Shown one piece after another: positions 1-10,899 of a DNA stretch of 64,000 nt (positions are counted from its first letter, which is position 1; every line of letters begins with the position of its first letter). The DNA is from Octopus sinensis. Its lineage: Eukaryota. The stretch covers positions 1 through 64,000 of the forward strand of contig NW_021833710.1 of assembly GCF_006345805.1 (NCBI RefSeq), given 5' to 3'. The notes beneath the pieces were generated by a model. That model did no database searches and was not told where the DNA came from. It saw only the letters and a list, made by a program, of their open reading frames with translations. Both the position numbers and the translations under genes were made by a program.

Positions 1-161
1 GATGCATTTCGCCTGTCTTGAGGCTTGTTCATGCCCTTCATTCAATTGTCACCTGCTTAAGCGAAATGCGTGCCTCAATATATTAGAAGCAGCTTGTTAA
101 GGATCTGAAATACCAGTGAACGTAATATTAGCTCTTTGTCTCGCTGCGATATACATTGATA

Positions 162-456
162 CATCACGGGATCACGGGACCGACAAGACCATCAGATGTT
201 GTTACACATCGCTGCTCACAATGCGTTCGCATTGTTTTAGCCTTCAAATGACGCCACCCCGCTGGCTAAGCGAGCAGGCCAACAGAAGAAAGAGTGGTGA
301 AAGAGTACAGCAGGGATCACCACCCCTGCCGGAGCCTCGTGGAGCTTTTAGGTATTTTCGCTCAATAAACACTCACAACGCCCGGTCTGGGAATCGAAAC
401 CGCGGTCCTGCGACCGCGAGTCCGCTGCCCTAACAACTAGGCCATTGCGCCTCCAC
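162..456 (-). mobile_element. tRNA(Arg-like)-derived SINE, family C, long form
   Basis: Minus-strand head GTGGAGGCGCAATGGCCTAGTTGTTAGGGCAGCGGACTCGCGGTC...GGTTTCGATTCCC with A-box and B-box. Tail (CCCGTGAT)2. 9-bp TSD ACATTGATA at 153-161 and 457-465. Confidence 0.85.
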
Positions 457-710
457 ACATTGATATATAAGAATTTATATCAGATAATTCCGTATCTACA
501 TGCCTTCTAAAGCTGTATATACATTTAGTAAGATACAAAGATGGCAGTAAGTCGTAGATAGTCGATTATCTCATAGCTATTCATATAAAATATTGATAAA
601 GTAGGAATTGAATTTATATTTCCGAATACAGTAAGGCACTCATCTGTATTTTTAATGATCACGATGTCTCTATTTGCGTGAAATTATTTCAGTTCCTAAA
701 AAGATTTTCC

Positions 711-1123
711 GGCGCAGGAGTGGCTGTGTGGTAAGTAGCTTGCTAACCAGCCACATGGTTCCGGGTTCAGTCCCACTGCGTGGCATCTTGGGCAAATGCC
801 TTCTACTATAGCCCCGGGCCGACCAATGCCTTGTGAGTGGATTTGGTAGACGGAAACTGAAAGAAGACTGTCGTATATGTATCTATATATATAATATATG
901 TGTGTGTGTGTTTGTGTCTGTTGTCCCCCTAGCATTGCTTGACAACCGATGCTGCTGTGTTTACGTCCCCGTCATTAGCGGTTCAGCAAAAGAGACCGAT
1001 AGAATAAGTACTGGCTTACAAAGAATAAGTCCCGGGGTCGATTTGCTCGACTAAAAGGCGGTGCTCCAGCATGGCCGCAGTCAAATGACTGAAACAAGTA
1101 AAAGAGTAAAGAGTAAAGAGAGT
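711..1123 (+). mobile_element. SINE family A, full length
   Basis: Head GGCGCAGGAGTGGCTGTGTGGTAAG...GGTTCAGTCCC, internal (TA)n(TG)n, tail (AAAGAGT)n. Matches about 17 other copies in the window. Confidence 0.9.
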
Positions 1124-1374
1124 AATTAAATCATTTACAAATCAATTTACTATTTTTTAAACAGAATTTTGATGAATAACGCTGCTTATTATTTTTAAAA
1201 GGTAATTATGAAGAAAATTGATTGAAGAGTATTTCTGTACATATTGTCTTTAACATGATGTATTTTCTAGCCTCTTTTTTGATCTCTGATGAACTTAGCT
1301 GCCAAGTTGAAATTTGAAAGGTAATAGATATATTTGAATAAATATCTGGAAAATAGTGGTAGATAACTCATATA

Positions 1375-1607
1375 TATTTCTTTATTACCCACAAGAGGCT
1401 AAACATAGAGGGGACAAACAAGGACAGACAAAGGGATTAAGTGGATTACATCGACCCCTGTACGTAACTGGTACTTTATTTATCAACCCCGAAAGGATGA
1501 AAGGCAAAACGACCTCAGCAGAATTTGAACTCAGAACGTAACGACAGACGAAATACTGCTAAGCATTTCGTCCGGCGTGCTAACGATTCTGCCAGCTCGC
1601 CGGCTTA
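1375..1607 (-). mobile_element. SINE family B monomer
   Basis: Reverse complement of the B consensus. 14-bp TSD AGATAACTCATATA at 1361-1374 and 1608-1621. Confidence 0.9.
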
Positions 1608-1874
1608 AGATAACTCATATATGTGTCCAGGAGAAAGGTAGTGATATGGGATGTAAAAGAATTGAGAGAGAGGAATAGAGGAAAGTGAGAGATAGAGAGA
1701 GAGAGAGAGAAGTGATTAGAGTAAGAGTAATGAGCAGAAGATAAGTTGTGAGAAAAAGTGTATGAGAGAAACATAGAGAAGAGGGAATGGAATGGATTCA
1801 AACGAGAAGTCTATGCATTTATAAACACACCGGAGGTATATGATAGTTGATAATCATCTCGTACAAAGTCACTA

Positions 1875-2135
1875 TAAACACACCAGCATCGGTTGTCAAG
1901 CGATGCTTGGGGTGGGGGACAAATACAGACATACAAACATATACACACACATACACATATACATATATATACAACGGGCTTCTTTCAGTTTCCGTCTACG
2001 AAATCCACTCACAAGGCTTTGATCGGCCCCGAGGCTATAGTAGAAGACACTTTCCCAAGTTACCACGCAATGGGAATGAACCCGGAACCAAGTGGTTGAT
2101 AAGCAAGCTACTTACCACACAGCCACACCTGCGCC
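1875..2135 (-). mobile_element. SINE family A, 3'-truncated
   Basis: Head ends at ...CACACCTGCGCC (2135). Body and microsatellite present, tail missing. Confidence 0.85.
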
Positions 2136-2387
2136 AAAAAATTATGAGGTCTCAGTTAAGTAGGAAAAAACTATAATGTAAAAAAAAAGATTAAAGAGAG
2201 TCTGGTTGTTTTATTGATACTGTTGCGATATCTTCGATAGTTCAACTTTAGTAGATTGTGGTACAAAGGTAACTGTTGTAACATCGAGGTATAAAGATAC
2301 AGAATCATCGATCAGATTATTCCTTGTATTTGTACCAACTGAGGACCTCGACACGCAACATTAGACATAGCGCTAATTGTGTTGCTA

Positions 2388-2800
2388 TACTCTTTTTACT
2401 CTTTTACTTGTTTCAGTCATTTGACTACGGCCTGCTGGAGCACCGCCTTTAGTCGAGCAATCGACCCCGGACTTATTCTTTGTCAGCCATTACTTATTCT
2501 ATCGGTCTCTTTTGCCGAACCGCTAAGTGACGGGGACATACACACACCAGCATCGGTTGTCAAGCAATGCTAGGGGGACAAACACAGATACACATAAACA
2601 TATACACACACTACATATATATATATATACATATATACGACAGGCTTCTTTCAGTTTCCGTCTACCAAATCCACTCACAAGGCTTTGGTTGGTCCGGGGC
2701 TATAGCAGAAGACACTTGCCCAAGTTGCCACGCAGTGGGACTGAACCCGGAACCATGTGGTTGGTTAGCAAGCTACTTACCACACAGCCACTCCTGCGCC
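2388..2800 (-). mobile_element. SINE family A, full length
   Basis: (TACTCTTT)n tail at 2388, head CACTCCTGCGCC at 2800. Confidence 0.9.
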
Positions 2801-2916
2801 TATATGTAGATTTGTAATGTAGGTTCTTTACGTTTCGCTTTCAGTTTAATTTGCTTTTGTCGATCCATGTTCATTTGTTTCTCGTGGTGTGCAGCTCAAC
2901 TTGTTTATTCCTTCTC

Positions 2917-3175
2917 GAGCCACGCCTTGGCGTATGGATTCCCCACCTGGACTGGACGCCGGTCCGTCGCAGGTGAGCTGCAAGATACAGAAGGAAAGAG
3001 TGAGAAAAAAGTTGTGGCGAAGAGTCAGCAGAGGTTCGCCATTAACTTCTGCCGGAGCCGCGTGGAGCTTAGGTGTTTCGCTCATAAAGATGCACATCGC
3101 GCGGTCTGAGATTCGAACACGCGATCCTCCGACCGCGAGTCCGCTGCCCTAACAACTGGGCCATTGTCTTTCCAC
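2917..3175 (-). mobile_element. SINE with family C head and alternative 3' module
   Basis: C-type head (revcomp ...GAGTCCGCTGCCCTAACAACTGGGCCATTG). Minus-strand 3' part CTGCGACGGACCGGCGTCCAGTCCAGGTGGGGAA resembles 54244-54278. Confidence 0.75.
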
Positions 3176-3542
3176 CGCAGCTCAACTTAGTGTTTGTAAA
3201 TTAGAAGACTATTCATGAACGTGTGTGTAGAATCTCGAATCAACTGACGTCAAAGAGTAATTATCGGGATATATATTCACAAGCATTTGGTCATCTGTTA
3301 GTATGCAATGTCCACCAGTTACCGAGATATATAGTAGGAAAACTACTAGCAATATTGTAGTGATCCAAACGTACGACAACTGCAGTGACAATATCTTAAT
3401 TGACTTTAACAAATAAATGAAAAGCAGTAAGAATTTGGTAGTCTTCGTAATAAGAAACTGCATATTTAGTGTCTTGTTTTGAATGATGAACATGCCACTT
3501 AAAGTCACGTGCATAAAAGGCGGATGTGAATATAGTTATCCT

Positions 3543-3564
3543 TATATATATATATATATGTATA

Positions 3565-3618
<54 letters not shown>
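3543..3618. repeat. (TA)n microsatellite
   Basis: Direct inspection. Confidence 0.95.
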
Positions 3619-3621
<3 letters not shown>

Positions 3622-3655
3622 GCTATTACAGTTCTGTATTTAAGAGATGAGGAAT

Positions 3656-3976
3656 TATGTACATTATTTACATTATTTACATTTGACGGATATTTGTCCT
3701 TATATGGCGTTGTGGTTAAGAGCGCGGGCTACTAAACCCAAGATTCTGGGTTCGATTCCGGACAGTGACTTGAATACTACTACTGCTACTACTACTACTA
3801 CTAATAATAATAATAATAACATCGAAAAATACCTTAGGAATGAGAACCCAGGTTTTAAATCTCCCCAAGACACGTGATGAAGGCTTGGAGTGTATATCAG
3901 CCGAAAGGTTGTGTTAACAACAAACAAGAAGAGGACAAATATCCGTCAAATGTGAATAATGTAAATAATGTACATA
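3656..3976 (+). mobile_element. Composite element: inverted repeat, tRNA-derived Pol III head, (TAC)n(AAT)n, Penelope-type hammerhead-like motif, inverted repeat
   Basis: 45-bp inverted repeats at 3656-3700 and 3932-3976 (1 mismatch). A-box TGGCGTTGTGG 3705-3715. B-box GGTTCGATTCC 3749-3759. Hammerhead-like motif 3869-3915. Confidence 0.75.
3869..3915 (+). ncRNA. Degenerate minimal type I hammerhead ribozyme motif (Penelope-like); probably inactive in this copy
   Basis: Stem I GACAC/GTGTT; core GTGATGA (canonical CTGATGA); extra A; stem II GGCT/AGCC; GAAA; GGT-T (canonical CGT-H). Confidence 0.55.
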
Positions 3977-4657
3977 TATAGATATGTTATCTTAGTTGTA
4001 GTTTATTCTCTGCCCAATCCAAACCCTTTTGTCCTGTTTTCCTATGGCAGGAAACCAAAAGGCTACAATATCAAGTGTTCTCATTGTTGCGGCAACTACT
4101 GCAGTTCATACCAGCACAAAAGTGATCATGTACATCTATCATGCTTCAACTATTACCACACTTTTATTTTTAAGAATATCGATGACCACCTTATTGTATG
4201 ATATCCGTTTCCTTTCTAAGAGTTTTCGGTGTAATTTGAAGCCGGTGAATGCAAGAGCTGTTAAAGAGCCGGATAAAATGCTTTGTAGTATTATTTGTTC
4301 TGATTCTTTACATCCTGTGGTCAAATGTCTTCGCGGTCAACTTTGAATTTAATCTACGTAGGATCGATAAAATAAAGCAACAGTCGAGCACAATGGATTT
4401 TTGCAATTGATAAAATGTTGGAGAAAATAGTTTGCGGTATTTTTTTATCTCTACATCCATACTAACCATACTAACAGGTGTAATGAAGTTGTGTTCAAAC
4501 AGTTGTTGCCTTGTAAAATTTACGCGAAGGCAAGAAAGGCCCTTTTTGTATTCTTTCACGAAATTATTATTACCATCACAACACTCAATATTATCTTCAG
4601 AAATATCATCACGTAAAATGTTATAAATAGTTTAGATTTTCCCTCTGTAATAAGAAT

Positions 4658-5306
4658 AAGGCGGCGAGCTGGCAGAAACGTTAGCACGCCGGGAATAATG
4701 CTTAGCGGTATTTCGTCTGCCGTTACGTTGTGGGTTCAAATTCCGCCGAGGCCGACTTTGCCTTTCATCCTTTCGGGTTCGGTTAAATAAGTACCAGTTA
4801 CGCACTGATGTCGATATAATCGACTTAATCCGTTTGTCTGTCCTTGTTTGTCCTCTCTGTGTTTAGCTCCTTGTGGATAGTAAAGAAATAGGTATTTCTT
4901 CTGCCGCTACGTTCTGAGTTCAAATTCTGCCGAGGTCGACTTTGCCTTTCATCCATTCGGGGTCGATTAAATAATTACCAGTTACGCACTGGGATCGATA
5001 TAATCGACTTAATCCGTTTGTCTGTCCTTGTTTGTCCCCTCTGTGTGTAGCCCCTTGTGGGCAGTAAAGAAATAAGAAACGTTAGCACGCCGGGCGAAAT
5101 GCTTAGCCGTTTCCTCTTGTAGGAAATTAAAAAAAATTTGTATTTCGTCTGTCTTTACGTTCTGGGTTCAGATTTTGTCGAGGACGACTTTGCATTTCAT
5201 CCTTTCGGGGTCGATAAATTAAGTACCAGTTGTGTACTGAGTCGATCTAATCGACTGGCCCTCTCCCCACAAATTTCGGGCCTTGTGCCTAGAGTAGAAA
5301 AGAATA
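4658..5306 (+). mobile_element. SINE family B multimer (B-B-B')
   Basis: Full B 4658-4890, B 4891-5074, B head 5075-5110, about 30 bp interruption, B' body and tail 5141-5306. Confidence 0.85.
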
Positions 5307-5332
5307 AGAATTATCAGTTATTCAAAAATTAA

Positions 5333-5745
5333 GGTGGTATTTCTTCCGACTCATTATGCTTTGAGTTCAAATTCTATCGTGGCCAACTTTATCTTTCCTC
5401 CTTCTGCAGTCAATTAAATAAATAAAAGTCAAGTACTGTAAGGGGAGGGCGATGTAATCGGTTGAATCTTTTCCTTCAAAATCACTGGCCTTGTGCCAAA
5501 ATTAAAAAGAATTTATCCGAAAGCTAACAGAATCGTTAGAGCGTCAGAAAAACACTTTGCAGCATTTGTTCCGTCTCATATGAATGATTCTAAGACCTAA
5601 TCCCGTAGAGGTAAACTTTGCCTTTCATCACTCTGGTGCTGATTTAATAAAACACAAAGCAAATGTTGGGGTCGAGTTCTCTACTAGCTCCCTTCCCTAA
5701 AAACCGATGGAATTAGGCCTAAATCAGAACTCATTATTATTAATT
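5333..5745 (+). mobile_element. Two older diverged B-related SINEs (B'')
   Basis: GAGTTCAAAT B-box, degenerate GTCGACTTTGCCTTTCATC core, GGCCTTGTGCCAAAA or (ATT)n tail. Confidence 0.65.
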
Positions 5746-6341
5746 ATTCGTGGATTAAGTGATTAACAAATTCTTTTTCTTCGTTGCATCAAATAGAATG
5801 ATATAAATCGCAACAATGTGCATACAAATAATAACAAAAGATTTGTAAAAGCGTGCTGTCAACGTTTACAGTACCTAAAATTGAGGTCTTTCTCTCTAAG
5901 AGATCATTGTAAATAACCTTTTGATATAATTACAGAAGTGACATTGTCCATTCCACTTCTACTTATTACTTTACGATGATAGTCATAATCCTTAGCTAGC
6001 TTAGTTTTTAATTCATTTACTGATAAGACTTCTGTACAACACCTATTGTGATTCAGTATTGCTATTTTAATTTTTAGCCTGGAAGATAATGTCAGCTCTA
6101 TATTGTACTATTTTCTGATGTCTGCTAGAGTTTCATAGTAACTTCAAATTGTAACATTCCAAGTTACATGCAAGTTCAGATAAGTACAACGAAAAATTTT
6201 CTATTAAAATTTGAATCAACATCGTCAAGCGTATGTAAAATATCTACATTTTGTCGTTGTCTTTCCTGCTTTATTTAATTGGATCTAATGTTCAACATAA
6301 GAAAACGTTTGCGAACTTTGTTATTAAGTTAACAATATTAT

Positions 6342-6574
6342 AAAGGCGGCGAGCTGGCAGAAACGTTAGCACGCCAGGCGAAATGCGGAGTCGTATTCAG
6401 TCTGCCATTACGTTCTGAGTTCAAATTCCGCCGAGGTCGACTTTGCCTTTCATCCTTTCGGGATCGATTAAATAATTACCTGTTACGCACTGGGGGCGAT
6501 ATAATCGACTTAATCCGTTTGTCTGTCCTTGTTTGTCCCCTCTGTGTTTTGCTCCTTGTGAGTAGTAAAGAAAA
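6342..6574 (+). mobile_element. SINE family B monomer
   Basis: 16-bp TSD AAGTTAACAATATTAT at 6326-6341 and 6575-6590. Confidence 0.92.
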
Positions 6575-8167
6575 AAGTTAACAATATTATATGAATTATA
6601 GACATCCTATCATTTGTATCTAGTAATATCGACCTCTTCCTGTTTTGCAAATGTCGTTATTTTGTTGCTCCTAATCAGGGTGGACCAGATTTAGGTTTCT
6701 GAGTGGATGGGCATTTGTTCGGTTCACGAAATCTCTGCTCATGTAAAGGTATATATTTTCTAAAGTTTTTCAACGTAGATGTTATAAAATATATTTACTT
6801 TTGTTATTGTGTTATATTTAGATTTTAGCTGTTTAGCTTGTGAGAATTTTTTCTGCACCAGATGTAGTTAGTTTTCTGTATTTAGCGTGAAGATTATATA
6901 AGTCCGTAGCAGGATTTATTGTAGAATGAGAAAGTTGTGATCGATAGTGTAACTGCGGTCTAAAACTGTTTCCTGACTCTCAGTAGTCCTATATAATCTT
7001 CTCTTCAAGAGATGTACAGTTTTGCAAGTCAAACTTAAAGTGCAATATCTTATTCTAATTTTAAAGCATAATGGTGTTTAGAACAGCTAAATTCCAGTTT
7101 AACGGATCAGAAACGGATGTTGAGCGTTGAACTGCACGAGTAGCACGTCTCATTATCGGTCAGTTGTTTTGAATTTTAATCTGACAAAATGTTAGTTTCT
7201 TATTCTCATTCCCACAGCGATAAAAAAATAATAAATGATATCACTCAGTTTGATAGAAAAACGGCCAAATATTTCTATCAAGACACAAGCTACTGGTTTA
7301 AGAGAGGAAAGACTCGTTCAATAATAGAGTATTTTAAAGCTGATCAGGAGTAATCTTAAATCACACAGTGTAATGCTTTGAGGAAATAGTGTTTTTCAAG
7401 TTTCTATTGTTCTCATATAGTCATCTAAACAATTATATTTTGTCGTACTTAGATTATTTTTCTCATATATTCACAAAATAATTTTTTTTGGTCTTCATTT
7501 TCCTCAAGTAGGTATCATATCTTTTCTAACGTTATTACTGCGCATAGTCCTATGAATTTTTGGGCAATTATTTTCAAAGGTGTAGTTAAAAATAAACTGA
7601 TTTTCTCTGATACTGTTTCTTTCTAATCTATAATTCCCGGTAGACCTCGTTTGCTTTTAAGGATTCTAACGCTTCCAGGTATTTTTGTTCATTATAGATG
7701 CCATAGTTATTCTAAAATATTGCAAAGATTATCTGGTGACATCTTGCCTCTATTGGAAGCTTTAATTTATTCTTCCAATCTCCTATTCTACGTCAAAGAC
7801 TCCTATCTTCTGCAACAATGGATAATTTACTTCACTCTGCATTTGGAATTTCGAATACAAATATAAGTAAATGTTTGTAATTCACTTACAATGAGAATGA
7901 AATGATGTTTTACGATGTCGAATTTCATTGTGAACATTGCCCGTAAAGTCCCTTAATCTACAGTGGTTTTTAATTAGTGACGTTTATGTATTGGAGTCAC
8001 TCAAGTCTGATGTACGAAAGCCTTTGAAGATATATTTTTTGCATATTTTGTCATGCTTCGTTCATTCTCTACGAAATATAAATATAATATTCAAGTACAA
8101 ACTAAATCTTCAAATTTTATTTCTCTTACTACTGAAATGTGATTTCTCTTCACATATTTGTTTGGCA

Positions 8168-8223
8168 ATAATAATGATAATGATAATAATAATAACAACA
8201 ACAACAACAACAGCAGCAGCAGC

Positions 8224-8310
<87 letters not shown>

Positions 8311-8386
8311 AATAATAACAACAACAATAACAAGAACAATAATAATGATAATAATAATAATGATAATAATAATAATAATAATAATA

Positions 8387-8420
<34 letters not shown>
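8168..8420. repeat. Compound (AAT)n(AAC)n(AGC)n microsatellite
   Basis: Direct inspection. Source of the poly-N, poly-T, poly-L and poly-V ORFs. Confidence 0.95.
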
Positions 8421-8423
<3 letters not shown>

Positions 8424-8910
8424 GGTGGACGTTTAACACGTGAGAACGATAAAACGCTGCTCCGAAATCTATCCAAAAACATCAGGAATAAAGGCATCAC
8501 ATAGGGCCAAAAGTAACTGACGAAGTGTTGGACTATATCCGAGTAAGTAATACTCATTGAAATTTATTTCTTTTCCAAACAAAATTATGTATTTTAACTG
8601 TATATCATTTCCATTGCTCGCACAGTACATGTAAACACGCTCGCTACATTACGATCCAATCAAAACCAGACCATCTCTGTCCCCAAGCACCATGCAAAAA
8701 AATTATTAAAGAATAATTAAATAATACCGGTATTACTCAACCCAAGAATAACAATCTGGAATACTTTAAACTTGTTACACAAAATGTACGAAAAACTACA
8801 CATGTAAAACCATATAACACGAGAAATGAACGGACCCTTACCCTACGTAAATGATGACCCTCAAAATAAAGGGCCGGACGTTTTTCCTCATGCCCCGCAT
8901 GTAAAATCAA

Positions 8911-10830
8911 AAACAGCATAAATGGACACGTGAGGAATATATTACAATCCTACACGTTTATTTTACAGCAGTGCTCTACCCAAAAGAACAAAAACACCAC
9001 AACATATATATAATCTAGAAGAAAAATAATCTAGATAAAGACATGGATGCATAGTTAACATACAGAGATATATTCTTAAAACAAAAAATATCAGATGTAG
9101 AAATAGAACACTTAAAATGAAAAATACATCAGGAAAATGTATATAGTAACCACACAGCAATAACAAATAATATCATAATATCAATACCAAATAATATCAA
9201 AGCACGCAGACAGACCTAACATTTCCAACAAAAGCGAAGTAAACAACGAAAGACAACAAACCCAGACCGGGAAAATGTATAATGGTGAGCAAAATGCACC
9301 AAACCAGAAAACCGCAGAGAAAAAAAAAAGAAAAAAAAATGAACGGGAGGGAATACGAAACGAATCTAAAACCTGGAAACAGTGAAGGTGAATCTAATGA
9401 TTATGATACTCTAAAAATCAGCATAATCAAAGACCTGAAAGTCACAGATCTCAGTACGGACCACGGATTGTACCTCCCAAAAGTTACAATTGATACTAAA
9501 ACAACATCAATAAGAAATAGCATGAACCTTGCCGTTACAGAAGTGATAGCCACAGAAACAAATGTCAATATCAACAAATAAATGATATAATATATGAAGC
9601 AGCCACTGTGGCCACAAAAGAAGATGAATACTCCCTCAAACCCATCCAAACAGGAGAACTACCACCCAAACAAATCCTGTAGATAAATAATAACTAGAAA
9701 AAATAGAAAACAAGAGAAAAGATCTGTCAATCCTTAACGAAACTAGTTGACAATCAACACTGCTAATCAACAAGAAGAGAACAAAACTACTGTCTAAATA
9801 CAAAGTTACAGAAAAAGATTTACCTGAGGTAAAAGAAGAGCTAAAGCAAGATATCCTTGCCAAAGCACCAAGTAACCACCGGTATGAGAAACGCCAACGT
9901 TTCTTTCAACAAAACAAACAGTTCAACTCCAACTCCAAAAGGATTTTACCAAGAACTTGGCAAAAATAAAATAGATATCAATGCAGCACCAACAGCAGAA
10001 GAAGTGGAATAATTTTGGAAAGAAATATAGTCGGCGAAGGTAAAACCTCAGAAAAGATCTATCAAAACAACGAACTCAGCACCTGAACAACTTTGGACCC
10101 CTATAACAACTGAAGAGGTCACCCAGGCACTGCAAAAACTAAGCAACTGGAAGGCACCCGGGCACAATAAGATCCCCAACTTCTGGTTAAAATATCTGAC
10201 AGGAACACATAAAAAGCTGGCCAAGAAATTTAATGAAATACTAGCAGAGCCAGAGACAATGCCTGAATGGCTCACGGAAGGGAAAACTAACCTAATTCTC
10301 AAATCGACTGAAACGGCAAACACATACAACTACAGGCCAATAACTTGTTTTCATACTGTTTACAAAGCCTTTACTGCAATAATATCGCGGAGAATGAGCA
10401 AGCATCTGGAATATAACAACCTGCTTACAGAAGAGCAGAAGGGATGCTGCAAGGGCACATATGGTTGTAAAGACCAATTAATGATCACTAAAGCATAACT
10501 GAAGACAGTTACAGAAAGAGGAAGAGTCTAAGTATGGCCTGCATCGATTACCGAAAGGCTTTTGACAGTATTCCCCAGACATGGATCCTAGAAACACTAG
10601 CCATGAACAAGTTAGCACCAGTTATCATAAAATATATAACACATTCCATGAATAAATGGCAGACAGTGCTACAGCTCCAAACAAAAGAGGCACTTTTAAA
10701 AACCAAAGCGATCCCCATTAGAAGAGGAACATTCCAGGGAGACACGCTCTTGTCACTCCTTTTCTGACTCCTTTATCTGACATGCTAATCAGAACTGGAT
10801 CAGAACTGGATGCGGGTACAAAACAATGAG
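8911..10830 (+). pseudogene. Dong-a ORF remnant: N-terminal region plus RT up to the QGD motif, with frameshifts and stops
   Basis: ORFs 9282-9581, 10259-10498 and 10534-10767, plus off-track frames (LKQDILAKAP..RYEKRQRFFQQNKQF; FWKEI). Ends after LTPLSDMLIRTG, with no YMDD motif seen. Confidence 0.85.
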
Positions 10831-10899
10831 CTGACATACAATGCTTAAAATACCTTAAGTTTGACAAGACTATCAAACCAACAAAAATCCGAAAATTAA

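Noticed and set aside
1286-1345. CTGATGA...GAAA resembling a hammerhead core
   Set aside because: No G-C closing pair for stem II in register, and stems I and III cannot form; likely chance.
3701-3770. Functional tRNA gene here, or at the heads of families A, C and D
   Set aside because: Acceptor stems are not intact and the heads run straight into repeat bodies; these are tRNA-derived SINE promoters.
4658-5306. CRISPR-like or regularly spaced repeat array in SINE B clusters or the AAT-separated stacks
   Set aside because: Units are about 200-500 bp retroelement copies with no constant short repeat and unique spacer structure, no cas genes, and the DNA is eukaryotic.
7937-8557. Long homopolymeric ORFs (poly-T, N, C, V, L); likewise poly-YI, HT, LSIY and VC ORFs elsewhere
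   Set aside because: Stop-free frames of microsatellites; no evidence of coding.
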